A program made the translations under genes and the position numbers. 64,000 bases of DNA, from contig JBIIGV010000001.1 in assembly GCA_044236265.1 (NCBI GenBank), positions 1 to 64,000 on the forward strand. Reading direction: 5' to 3'. This document shows, in pieces, positions 1 through 9,338 of this stretch. Numbering within the stretch: position 1 is the stretch's first letter; each line of letters starts with the position of its first letter. Under the pieces are notes generated by a model. That model ran no database searches and had not been told where the DNA came from. It saw nothing but the letters and a program-made list of their open reading frames with translations. Source of the stretch: Oligoflexales bacterium. GTDB lineage: Bacteria > Bdellovibrionota_B > Oligoflexia > Oligoflexales > RGVZ01.

Positions 1-1273
1 GCAATCTCGACCGTCTAAAGTCCGTTACAGATCTTGGCTCTCCACACGCACAGCGCGCATCATAACGGCAGCTTCGATAAATTTCGTGTCTAACACCGTG
101 CTGATCCCTACGGCTGTAGGCGCTCCCGTGGCGGGACAGTCTCCTAAGCTTAACTATTTAAAACCCGTAGCTGTGTCCGTTATTCAGAATGAGAAGGATA
201 AGTCCCAGTCTGTGACGATGACTTATGATGAGGGATGCGGCGAGTCGCTGCGCGGTGTTCTGATTGACGAAACCAAGCATGGTCTTTATGTCGGCGCGGT
301 GCTGGATCGTAGCGACACAATGTGTCTGACGCTTCCTGTTAAAAAAACAATCACCCTCAAGACCACTGGTCAAAGGCCTGTCAAAACCCTAAATCTTGGC
401 GAGGCTGAAAGGATCAGCTTGTCCGAGGTCACCGATGTCACCATCTCAAGTACCGGTATGGCAGTTTCCTGGCAAGACACTTGTCGACCCTATGTTGGCG
501 TTGTCCTCAGTCCTTCCAGTGCCAGTGATGGTTCACCAAAGATGAGTCTGATGATTGCTAATCTGCCTAAAGACGGATTGGCACAAGCTGGTGTAAAGAC
601 CTGTCCCCGCGCAACCGTTCGCAAACAAATTTCTGGAGTGAATCTCACAGCCGACAAGGTACAAGTTACCCCAAAACAAGGTCGCTTGGAAAACCTGTTT
701 ACCCTAAGGATCGTAGCGTCTAAAAAGTTGGCGGTAAACCAAGACCGTTCTCTCAGCATCACCTGGAACCGAACCTGTAGAGATGTACCGGTGGCCGCGC
801 TTTTTGCTGGCAATGATGGCACCAAGGTCGCGATGATTTCGGCATTTGTTCCCAATGCGCCGTGTTCTTTTAAAGGGACAAAAGAAGAAACTTTTACTGT
901 GGCTGACTTGCTGATCTCGCCAACCCAGACTTTAAATGCGATGACGGCCGAAGAGGTGTACTCGTTATCGTCTAGCGTCGATTCAACCTTGAGTCTTCAA
1001 TCCATCACCGGGATGAAGGTTGCCCGCATGGGGCGTGGTGATTGGCTTATGGCGGCAACCGAGACCGGGTGCGGAGATCGTCTTGGAATTGCAATTGGCC
1101 AAGACTCGGTTGGAAATGCCGCTATGGCGTATCTTGCGGCTGGAAACCAGAAGGTTTGCCATGTTTCCCGTATTAACACAGCGCAAACGCTGACTGCTCC
1201 ATTAGTGGCGCCAGCTCAAGGGCCGATCCCCAAAGTGTTTTCGCTTAAAGTTTTCGGAACCTCCATCAACTGA
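1..1273 (+). CDS. Secreted hypothetical protein with four divergent two-Cys beta-rich repeats (5' end probably outside window)
   Basis: Frame is open from base 2 (QSRPSKVRYRSWLSTRTARIITAASINFVSNTVLIPTAVGA, signal-peptide-like) to the stop at 1273; four ~90-aa units each with a Cys pair. Confidence 0.7.
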   Translation, partial: QSRPSKVRYRSWLSTRTARIITAASINFVSNTVLIPTAVGAPVAGQSPKLNYLKPVAVSVIQNEKDKSQSVTMTYDEGCGESLRGVLIDETKHGLYVGAVLDRSDTMCLTLPVKKTITLKTTGQRPVKTLNLGEAERISLSEVTDVTISSTGMAVSWQDTCRPYVGVVLSPSSASDGSPKMSLMIANLPKDGLAQAGVKTCPRATVRKQISGVNLTADKVQVTPKQGRLENLFTLRIVASKKLAVNQDRSLSITWNRTCRDVPVAALFAGNDGTKVAMISAFVPNAPCSFKGTKEETFTVADLLISPTQTLNAMTAEEVYSLSSSVDSTLSLQSITGMKVARMGRGDWLMAATETGCGDRLGIAIGQDSVGNAAMAYLAAGNQKVCHVSRINTAQTLTAPLVAPAQGPIPKVFSLKVFGTSIN

Positions 1274-1321
1274 TACAATATCGTCAGCGAATCAAAAACG
1301 GTCTTCAAGAGAAGAAGTTAG

Positions 1322-2440
1322 ATGCTGACCTGGATAGAACTCAACGCTGAAAACCTCCGTCATAATTTTCGTGTTTTTGCGAAAATTGTGGGCGCAGCAA
1401 AGCTCGCTCCTGTTTTAAAAAGTAATGCTTATGGCCACGGACTAAAAGAGGTCTATTCGGCTTTAAGTCATGAGCCTGTGGCCTGGATATCTGTAAACTA
1501 CGTTGAAGAGGGTGCTGCATTAAGGCGACTTGGGTTTAAGGGTCGCATTCTTGTCGTGGGACCATTTATTCCAGCTGAATTTAAAGTTGCGCACGACGAA
1601 GCGTTGGAGCTATTTCTTGGACATCCAGAGGGGCTTTTGGCTTGGCAGCAGGCTCAAGAAAAGCCAGCCGTGCATATTGAATTTGACACCGGCATGAGTC
1701 GCCAGGGGTTTAGACCGAGTGACGCAGAGAAAGTCGCTCAAAGTCTTTTGCCCCAAAAGGATTTGGTCAAGGGTGTCTGCATGCACTTTGCAAACGTCGA
1801 GGATGTGACAGAGCATGAGTACGCACGACTGCAACTGAAAAAATTTGATGACGCAAAATCCAAGTTCGTGAGTCGTGGCTTTAGTTTCATAGCACATTCA
1901 GCGTCTTCGGCATCTGTGTTGATATTGGATGAGAGTCGCTTTGATTTGGCCCGAGTGGGAATTGCCTTGTATGGATTTTGGCCAAGCCAGGCAACGAGGC
2001 TTTCCTACAAACAACTTTACGGTGACCTGGTTGAACTTAGGCCTGTGTTGAGCTGGCGTACAAAAATTACAAGCATCAATCACGTGTCGCAAGGACAGTA
2101 TGTTGGATACGGATGTACCTATAAAGCACGCCACGATATGGTTATCGGAGTTTTACCGATAGGATATTTTGAAGGATATCCACGCATGGCCTCAGGTAGT
2201 CAGGCTTACGTCCTTATTGGTGGCGAACGCTGTCCGATAGTTGGCCGTATCTGCATGAACATGATGATGGTCGACATTACCGATATAGCTTTGACGGCAA
2301 AGGTCGGCGACATTGCGACGCTGATTGGTCAAGATGGTATGGAAACCATTTCCGCTTCAGAGGTCGCAGCTTGGTCTGAGACTATCCATTATGAGCTCGT
2401 GACGAGGTTAAATCCTGCTATTGAGCGGCGTCTGATTTGA
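1322..2440 (+). CDS. alr: Alanine racemase
   Basis: VLKSNAYGHG PLP-lysine motif, DTGMSRQG, VGYG catalytic Tyr, GRICMN, TIHYE; 372 aa. Confidence 0.96.
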   Translation: MLTWIELNAENLRHNFRVFAKIVGAAKLAPVLKSNAYGHGLKEVYSALSHEPVAWISVNYVEEGAALRRLGFKGRILVVGPFIPAEFKVAHDEALELFLGHPEGLLAWQQAQEKPAVHIEFDTGMSRQGFRPSDAEKVAQSLLPQKDLVKGVCMHFANVEDVTEHEYARLQLKKFDDAKSKFVSRGFSFIAHSASSASVLILDESRFDLARVGIALYGFWPSQATRLSYKQLYGDLVELRPVLSWRTKITSINHVSQGQYVGYGCTYKARHDMVIGVLPIGYFEGYPRMASGSQAYVLIGGERCPIVGRICMNMMMVDITDIALTAKVGDIATLIGQDGMETISASEVAAWSETIHYELVTRLNPAIERRLI

Positions 2441-2459
2441 GTTAATGACTTATTTCGTC

Positions 2460-2867
2460 CTAGTTGCTTGCTTTTGACGAGCGGGACGTTTGCTTTTCAA
2501 AGAGTCCAAAGCGGTGACCATCTGGGTCTGTGATTTGCCAGATATTTCCGTAGGCCGGGAGTTTTGTAGGCCCAAATTTTTTTGATCCGCCAAATTTCTC
2601 CGCGCGCTCAGCGATATGAGCAGCATCTTCTACTTCAAAATAAAGAATAATTTGGCCACTGGAAGTCTTAGCGCCTAGCGACGGGACAATGCTGATTCCA
2701 AAAGGGCAGTCTTTAGGAACATCCAAGACAAGATAGTTGTGAATCTCAGCAGGAACCGTTTTCCACCCAAAAACCTCCTCGTAGAACTTACGACTTACGT
2801 CAAGCCGTGCAGCATGGATTTCCACTTGGCATAGTTTTTTAGGGTCGATCTCGGCAAAATTATTCAC
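2460..2867 (-). CDS. VOC/glyoxalase family protein
   Basis: VEIHA...SRKFYEEVFGW and ITDPDGHRFGL motifs; 135 aa. Confidence 0.85.
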   Translation of the reverse strand: MNNFAEIDPKKLCQVEIHAARLDVSRKFYEEVFGWKTVPAEIHNYLVLDVPKDCPFGISIVPSLGAKTSSGQIILYFEVEDAAHIAERAEKFGGSKKFGPTKLPAYGNIWQITDPDGHRFGLFEKQTSRSSKASN

Positions 2868-3630
2868 TGTACTGACTCAGGTGCTCTTGGCTGACAAAAA
2901 GTTTATTTTGATCGTTCACAAAAACAGGTCCAATCACATTGCGATTAGGGAATGCACTCGCGTTTTGGACGGGCCAACCATTCTCCAAATATTTGCGGAC
3001 AACAGTCTGACGGATTCGGGAATTGTCGGGATTCACGTCGCGCATCAGGTTTTCCAGAGTATCCCCTACTTCTGTCAGGTCTTGCTCCATTAAAACCTCA
3101 GCTGCTGCATAGCGCACGCGCTCATCAGGATCTTTGAGGAAGTGATTGATTTTGTCTTTTAAGCCGCGCTTTTTGTAATCGGCAAGATGACAGAGGATGT
3201 CATAATTTTTGTCGGTTTGTGCTTGATCAAAGGAGACATCGGAATATTCCAAGGTGCTCACCAGACAGTCGATGACGTGATCTTCGCTGCGGCCTAGAGC
3301 TTTGATGATCTTGATCGGCCAAGCAATCCGCGTGGTCTTTTTAAGATGAGATAGAACCATGGGCAAGGCGGCTTCGCCGTGGCGAACAATGCCTTCCATA
3401 GCCTTTTCTTTTTCGCGGGTATCGTTGATCCCGTGCTCAAGGCTAAACTCAAAGCGCATGAGGAGGGGTTCTACCGCCTTGGTTGGGTCGGAAACGGCGT
3501 CTGCAAGAAATTCGATGGCGGCCCAACGATCCTCGCGGATGGCTTTTGGGTTTTTAGACGTATCGGCAGCCTTTTGGATTTTGGATTCCGGGCTTCCACC
3601 AAAATTTTTAATAAAATCAAATAGTCCCAT
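2860..3630 (-). CDS. HEAT-repeat protein
   Basis: Helical HEAT-like units (EDRWAAIEFLA, FLKDPDERVRYAAAEVL); ATG at 3630; overlaps the VOC gene by 8 nt. Confidence 0.75.
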   Translation of the reverse strand: MGLFDFIKNFGGSPESKIQKAADTSKNPKAIREDRWAAIEFLADAVSDPTKAVEPLLMRFEFSLEHGINDTREKEKAMEGIVRHGEAALPMVLSHLKKTTRIAWPIKIIKALGRSEDHVIDCLVSTLEYSDVSFDQAQTDKNYDILCHLADYKKRGLKDKINHFLKDPDERVRYAAAEVLMEQDLTEVGDTLENLMRDVNPDNSRIRQTVVRKYLENGWPVQNASAFPNRNVIGPVFVNDQNKLFVSQEHLSQYSE

Positions 3631-3754
3631 CAAAAATCCCCGTTACAATCTCGCAAGCAAGTTTGGACAAAAAAATCTGTGACCAAGCGTTCTAAAAAGG
3701 ACTAAACTGTCCATTTTGCACGTGAAATCAGCCAGGCAAAGTATCGGAACGCGA

Positions 3755-4855
3755 ATGACTGAAACAACAAAAAACACAAGCCACACAATCTCAGCGATCA
3801 TCCTTGCCGCCGGCAAGGGCACGCGCATGAAGAGCACATTACCAAAAGTTCTTCACCCTGTCATGGGTCGATCCATGGTTGAGTGGGTGATCGATGCGGC
3901 AAAGAAGGCCGGGGCAACAGATACCTCCTTAGTTTTGTCTGCAGATCACAAGCCTTTTGAAAAAGTGGTGGGGCTCCATCCAGAGACTAAACTTACAATT
4001 CAAAAGGCTCAGCGCGGAACCGGTGATGCGGTTGCCAGTGCTGCAAAAGCCTACACAAAGGCAAAATGCCCGTCCTGGGCTCAAAGTGAGCTGATTGCTG
4101 GTAAGCCGTCGGATGCTGATTGGGTTTTGGTTTGTGCGGGAGATACGCCTGCTATAAACCCGAATACTATTCGAAATTTTATTCAAGCCGTCCTTGGCTC
4201 GGGTCGTGAGCTTGGGGTTCTTGGCATGATTGTTCCTGAACCCAAAGGCTACGGACGCCTCGTCAAGGGTGCTGATGGCGGACTGAGTCAGATTGTGGAA
4301 GAGCGCGATGCCGATGCGGCAACAAAAAAGATAAACCTCTGTAATAGCGGAGTAATTTTTGCCAAAACAAACACCCTCTTTTCCCTCTTGGAAGGCCTAT
4401 CCCCAACGAATTCACAAAATGAGTATTATCTGACCGATATTTTTGCTGCGTCGGCTCGCAGCGGTGCGTCGGCTTTTGTTTTTGAGACGACCTCTGCCGA
4501 GGAGCTTCAAGGTGTCAATGATCGCTCTCAGCTTGCATCCGTTGAACAGGCGATGATGCGTCGCCGCCTTGATGGTCTCATGAGCCACGGCGTGACGATT
4601 CATTTGCCAGAGACTGTATTTATTGAAGCAGATGTTGTTGTAGAGCCTGACGTAACCATCTATCCAGGTGCGTATCTGCGCGGAAAGAGCAAAATTTCTC
4701 GCAATTGCGTCATTGGCCCGCAGGTGGTAGTGGAAGACTCAGAGTTAGGTGCTGACGTACACGTCGGTGCTCATGCAGTGTTAATGAGATCACAGGTTGC
4801 AGGGGGGACGAAGATCCCGCCACAGACTGTTTTTGCTGATCGTGACATGGAATAA
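3755..4855 (+). CDS. glmU: GlmU-like UDP-GlcNAc pyrophosphorylase, C-terminally short (366 aa)
   Basis: LAAGKGTRMKS, QRGTGDAV, GYGRLV, IVEERDA, EYYLTD, GVNDR; only a few hexapeptide coils follow; directly upstream of glmS. Confidence 0.88.
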   Translation: MTETTKNTSHTISAIILAAGKGTRMKSTLPKVLHPVMGRSMVEWVIDAAKKAGATDTSLVLSADHKPFEKVVGLHPETKLTIQKAQRGTGDAVASAAKAYTKAKCPSWAQSELIAGKPSDADWVLVCAGDTPAINPNTIRNFIQAVLGSGRELGVLGMIVPEPKGYGRLVKGADGGLSQIVEERDADAATKKINLCNSGVIFAKTNTLFSLLEGLSPTNSQNEYYLTDIFAASARSGASAFVFETTSAEELQGVNDRSQLASVEQAMMRRRLDGLMSHGVTIHLPETVFIEADVVVEPDVTIYPGAYLRGKSKISRNCVIGPQVVVEDSELGADVHVGAHAVLMRSQVAGGTKIPPQTVFADRDME

Positions 4856-4877
4856 AACCGAAAGGATCGAGATACCT

Positions 4878-6710
4878 ATGTGTGGAGTTGTTGGCGTTGT
4901 TGGTAGTCGTCCATGTGTGGAGACGATCTTTGAAGGACTAAAGCGCCTCGAGTACCGTGGCTACGATAGTGCTGGTATCGCAACCATGAGTGCTGGAAAA
5001 ATTCATACGGCCAAAAGTGACGGCAAACTTGTTAGGCTCGAGGGACATTTAAAGGAGCTTCCTGCGAGTAGCTCCATTGGAATGGGTCACACGCGCTGGG
5101 CGACTCACGGTGCGCCAACGACACAGAATGCGCATCCTCATGTTACGGGCGATCTGGCCTTGATTCACAACGGCATCATCGAAAATTACCGTGAGCTCAA
5201 AGCTGAGTTATTAAAAGACGGCTATAGTTTTAAGTCCGAAACTGACTCCGAGGTGGTGCTACACCTATTAAGCCGCGAATTGAAAACCACTCCGAAAATG
5301 AAAGATGCTCTTTTGAAAGTCATCACTAGACTTGAAGGCGCATACGGGCTTGGCATTCTCTGGGCTGGTGAGCCTGAGGCACTGTATCTCGTCAAGCAGG
5401 GCTCTCCTGTGGTTATCGGTGTCGGTGAAAACGAAAATTATTTTGCAAGTGACGCCTTAGCGCTGCTTCCGCTCACGAAATCTGTGATTTTTTTAAATGA
5501 TGGTGAAGTGGGACGACTGACAAAGTCGGGTGTCGAGCTTTGGGATTTTTCCGGAAAACAGCTTAAGCGTGCCCCTTCGGTTCTTAACTGGACCGCCGCG
5601 AGTGCGGAAAAACAGGGTTACCGCCACTACATGCTCAAGGAAATCCACGAGCAGCCGGCTGTCATCGCCAATACGATTGCGCGTCTTGTCGATTCTGCGT
5701 CCGGAAAGATTGATACGAAAGAGATGGGAATTGATGACCTCGATCTGACGAGAGTCAAAAGTATTGTTTATGTTGCCTGCGGAACGGCCTACTACTCAGC
5801 CATGATTGCAAAATACTCCGTTGAACAAATGGTTGGCGTCCCGGTATCAGTTGAGCTGGCAAGTGAGTTTAGGTACCGAGATCCTTATCTGGATAAAGAC
5901 ACGCTTGTAATAGCGGTCACTCAGTCAGGTGAAACAGCCGACACGCTTGCTTGCATAAAGCACGCGACCTCTCGCGGTTGTCAGACCTTTGCGGTTTGCA
6001 ACGTTCGTTTTTCAAGTATTCCTCGTTCATCAACGGCGACCCTTTACATGGAGGCAGGTCCTGAGGTTGGCGTGGCATCGACCAAGGCATTCACCAGTAT
6101 GGTTCTTTGCCATTACCTATTTGGATTGGCCATTGGTCAAAAGAAAGGTCGCATTGCCAAAGAGTCATATCAGCAAGCACTGGAGTCACTACGTCAATTG
6201 CCAAGTGCTGTTGATCGTGCGGTTAATGCTGCGGGACTGATCGAAGATGTTGCGGCTAAATACTACGAGGCTACGAACTTTATTTTCATTGGTCGTGGAC
6301 CCAGCTTTATGATCGCCCTAGAGGGTGCCCTGAAGCTTAAGGAAATTTCCTACATTCACGCTGAAGGCTACGCTGGTGGAGAGCTTAAACACGGACCTAT
6401 CGCTCTCATAGATAAGCATATGCCCGTGGTCGCGGTAGCGCCACTGGACGGTCATTACGAGAAAATGATCTCTAATGTTGAAGAAGTCCGCGCGCGAGAG
6501 GGTGTCTGTATTGGTGTGGGCGACCTCCAAGACGATAAATTCAAAGCCCTTTGTCAGGATTATATCCCCTGCCCTCAGGTTAAAGACGCGGCCCTGCAAA
6601 CCATTTTGTCTGTGATCCCCCTGCAGTTTTTAAGTTATTACGTAGCTGTTAAACGCGGCACTGACGTGGATCAGCCAAGAAACCTCGCAAAATCGGTGAC
6701 GGTTGAATAA
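4878..6710 (+). CDS. glmS: Glutamine--fructose-6-phosphate transaminase (isomerizing)
   Basis: Starts MCG (Ntn Cys), LEYRGYDSAG, GHTRWATHG, HNGIIEN, QSGETADT, ends PRNLAKSVTVE; true ATG at 4878. Confidence 0.98.
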   Translation: MCGVVGVVGSRPCVETIFEGLKRLEYRGYDSAGIATMSAGKIHTAKSDGKLVRLEGHLKELPASSSIGMGHTRWATHGAPTTQNAHPHVTGDLALIHNGIIENYRELKAELLKDGYSFKSETDSEVVLHLLSRELKTTPKMKDALLKVITRLEGAYGLGILWAGEPEALYLVKQGSPVVIGVGENENYFASDALALLPLTKSVIFLNDGEVGRLTKSGVELWDFSGKQLKRAPSVLNWTAASAEKQGYRHYMLKEIHEQPAVIANTIARLVDSASGKIDTKEMGIDDLDLTRVKSIVYVACGTAYYSAMIAKYSVEQMVGVPVSVELASEFRYRDPYLDKDTLVIAVTQSGETADTLACIKHATSRGCQTFAVCNVRFSSIPRSSTATLYMEAGPEVGVASTKAFTSMVLCHYLFGLAIGQKKGRIAKESYQQALESLRQLPSAVDRAVNAAGLIEDVAAKYYEATNFIFIGRGPSFMIALEGALKLKEISYIHAEGYAGGELKHGPIALIDKHMPVVAVAPLDGHYEKMISNVEEVRAREGVCIGVGDLQDDKFKALCQDYIPCPQVKDAALQTILSVIPLQFLSYYVAVKRGTDVDQPRNLAKSVTVE

Positions 6711-6734
6711 TAGAGCTAGATAAAGACTTTTCTT

Positions 6735-8930
6735 ATGACGACAGGTTTACTTGATCGACTGAATCCAGCGCAGCGTGATGCCGCCTCACATCGAGACGGC
6801 CCAGCTGTCGTGTTTGCTGGAGCAGGAAGCGGTAAAACCAGGATTATCACCACACGCATTGCTTGGTTGATTGATGAGGAGAAAGTTTCTCCGTGGGAGA
6901 TTCTTGCTCTGACGTTTACCAATAAGGCAGCTGGTGAGATGAGAGAGCGTGTGTTGTCGCTATCTCCCGTAGCCGATAAAGCCCTTATTTCAACTTTTCA
7001 CTCAGCGTGCGCAAGATGGCTGCGTGAATTTGCTCCAGAGCTTGGCTTTACGTCAGACTTTACCATTTATGACGATACCGATCAGAATTCTGTGATCAAA
7101 AAAATAATCCAGCGTGGAAATATCAAGTTAGATAAAGACACGAGTGTTGCCGAATTCCGTTACGCAATAAATCACGCCAAGACTTTGGGTCTTTTTCCGT
7201 CAGACCGTGAAACCCATAAAGGCTTATTTAGAGAATTTATGCCGATTGGTGGAGTTGATGTTTACACGGCCTACCAAGAGACTCTTGCATTAGCTAATGC
7301 CATGGACTTTGGTGATCTGATCATGAATATGATCTTCTTGCTGCGTGCTAACGAGCGCGTCAGAAGACTTATGCAAGATCGCTATAAATACATCTTGGTT
7401 GATGAGTATCAGGATACCAATAAGCCTCAAATTGAGCTTCTTGGGCATCTTGCAGGAAAACACGGAAACATTTTTGTCGTTGGCGATGACGATCAGTCAA
7501 TCTATAGCTGGCGAGGCGCAGTGCCGGCTAACATCATAGATTTTGACAAGGTTTACCCTGAGGTCAAAACATTTAAGCTTGAAGAAAATTACCGGTGCAC
7601 GTCAACCATAGTTGACGCCGCGGCTGCGGTGGTTAGACATAACAAAAAACGGGCTGATAAAACGCTTCGCACATCAAATCCAAAGGGCGAATTAATTGAC
7701 TTTCGCTACGAGACAGATGGTGAGTTTGAGGCTTGGTGGGTGGCAGAAACCATCAAAAAAGAAGTAGGCCAATACCCCTTCGAAAATGTGGCGATCTTTT
7801 ATCGAACCAACAGCCAAAGCCGATTGTTGGAAGACGCTCTTCGAAAAGAGAAAATTCCCTATAAAATCTTTGGGACAGTCCGTTTCTATGACCGCGTCGA
7901 AGTTAAAGATGTGATGGCCTATATTAAGCTCATCGTTAATCCTCGTGATGACGTGAGCTTTATGCGTGCGGTTAACACCCCGACTCGAGGTCTTGGTGAT
8001 ACAGCCGTCGAAGCGGTTCTTGCGCGAGGGCGTGAAAAGGGTGTCTCTGCTTACGAAGCGGCTCGAGAGATTGCCGGCGAGGGTGTGCCCAGGCTTTCCA
8101 CAAAGCTTGCGGTTTTTATTGATCTGATTGAGCGGCTAAAACAAAGTCTTGCCGCATCGCCGCTTCCAGAATTTTTGGAAGGCCTGATTGAGTCCATTCA
8201 GTATTTTCCATATCTTGCCAAAAAATATCCTGATCAATCTGAAGACAAGCAAGACAACGTCATGGAACTTGCAACAGCCATTGCCGAGTATGTTGACTCA
8301 AACCCTGGAGCCACACTATCTGACTGGCTACAGGCTACGATGCTAGCCAGTGATGTCGAGGGTGACGCATCAGGTGTAAATATGATGACCCTTCACATGG
8401 CAAAAGGTCTTGAGTTTGACCGTGTGTTTCTTGTGGGCTTGGAAGACGGTCTTCTTCCACACTTTAACAGTAGCGACGACGCGCACTCGTTGGAAGAAGA
8501 ACGACGACTTTTATATGTCGGAATGACGAGAGCCAAAAAGAAGTTGTCCCTTTCGGCGGCCTATATGCGTCGAACGTACGGTCAGACCCAGGCTAATGAC
8601 GTCTCAAGGTTTTTAAAGGAAATACCCCCAAGTTTCGTCAATGTTTTGACACCTCCAGGTGGTCATGATCCCCTGAGCGATAGTCCCTCGGAAAAGCCGC
8701 GCGCTAATCAAGACGATGACGGCCAATACTATGATTATGCTGATGAAGAAGGAGATTCTTCGGGTTTAATTGAACCGGGATCCAGCGTTCATCACCCTAC
8801 CTATGGTCCTGGAACAGTTGAGCAAATTGAAACTAATTTTGGTCGGCCAAAAATTTTGGTCCGCTTTAAAGACATTGGTCTTCGCCGCGTTGAAGCTCAC
8901 CATTTATCGCCTAGCTCTGAGGAGTTCTAG
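6735..8930 (+). CDS. uvrD: UvrD/PcrA SF1 DNA helicase
   Basis: AGAGSGKT, TFTNKAA, DEYQDTN, VGDDDQSIYSWRGA, LEENYR, EEERRLLYVGMTRA; C-terminal Tudor-like tail (VHHPTYGPG). Confidence 0.95.
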   Translation: MTTGLLDRLNPAQRDAASHRDGPAVVFAGAGSGKTRIITTRIAWLIDEEKVSPWEILALTFTNKAAGEMRERVLSLSPVADKALISTFHSACARWLREFAPELGFTSDFTIYDDTDQNSVIKKIIQRGNIKLDKDTSVAEFRYAINHAKTLGLFPSDRETHKGLFREFMPIGGVDVYTAYQETLALANAMDFGDLIMNMIFLLRANERVRRLMQDRYKYILVDEYQDTNKPQIELLGHLAGKHGNIFVVGDDDQSIYSWRGAVPANIIDFDKVYPEVKTFKLEENYRCTSTIVDAAAAVVRHNKKRADKTLRTSNPKGELIDFRYETDGEFEAWWVAETIKKEVGQYPFENVAIFYRTNSQSRLLEDALRKEKIPYKIFGTVRFYDRVEVKDVMAYIKLIVNPRDDVSFMRAVNTPTRGLGDTAVEAVLARGREKGVSAYEAAREIAGEGVPRLSTKLAVFIDLIERLKQSLAASPLPEFLEGLIESIQYFPYLAKKYPDQSEDKQDNVMELATAIAEYVDSNPGATLSDWLQATMLASDVEGDASGVNMMTLHMAKGLEFDRVFLVGLEDGLLPHFNSSDDAHSLEEERRLLYVGMTRAKKKLSLSAAYMRRTYGQTQANDVSRFLKEIPPSFVNVLTPPGGHDPLSDSPSEKPRANQDDDGQYYDYADEEGDSSGLIEPGSSVHHPTYGPGTVEQIETNFGRPKILVRFKDIGLRRVEAHHLSPSSEEF

Positions 8931-8939
8931 GCCGTCGAA

Positions 8940-8948
8940 TGCTATAAT
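8940..8948 (+). promoter_or_regulatory. Putative extended -10 sigma70 promoter (TG-c-TATAAT)
   Basis: Exact TGnTATAAT in the intergenic gap about 45 nt before the ftsB-like gene. Confidence 0.45.
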
Positions 8949-8990
8949 TAAAGTATCCAAAAGAGTCATGCCATGCACTTGAGGTGAACT

Positions 8991-9311
8991 TTGGTCTCCC
9001 GGCGGAGGACTAAACAGACAGGTGTCGCCAACCTCCTATTAGAGCGAGGTGCGGGATTTCTTTATTGTTTTGCCACGGTCGTCATCGCAATTGGCATTCT
9101 TCGCGGCGAAACATCTATTGCACGCTACTTCTCTCTCGCAAAATCAAAATACATTCTTGAAGAAGCCGTGGCTGCGCTCAAGGCAGAAAACGAGCATCTA
9201 GCCAACGAGATTCACATGATTAAAGAGAGTAAGTCTTACGCTCGAAAGATTCTTCGTGAAAAATATCACGTAACTGATGAAGACGAAAAAATCATTTATT
9301 ACGCAGACTAG
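8991..9311 (+). CDS. FtsB/DivIC-family septum formation initiator
   Basis: Single TM helix, then G-x-x-S, coiled coil (LKAENEHLANEI), ARKILREKYHVTDEDEKI. Confidence 0.75.
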   Translation: MVSRRRTKQTGVANLLLERGAGFLYCFATVVIAIGILRGETSIARYFSLAKSKYILEEAVAALKAENEHLANEIHMIKESKSYARKILREKYHVTDEDEKIIYYAD

Positions 9312-9338
9312 TCTGGACTTGTGTTGAAGGAGATTTCA

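Noticed and set aside
4797..4877. 27-aa N-terminal extension of GlmS, or a glmS ribozyme leader
   Set aside because: GlmS needs Cys at the mature N-terminus (MCG at 4878). The extension overlaps glmU, and the 22-nt gap leaves no room for a ribozyme.
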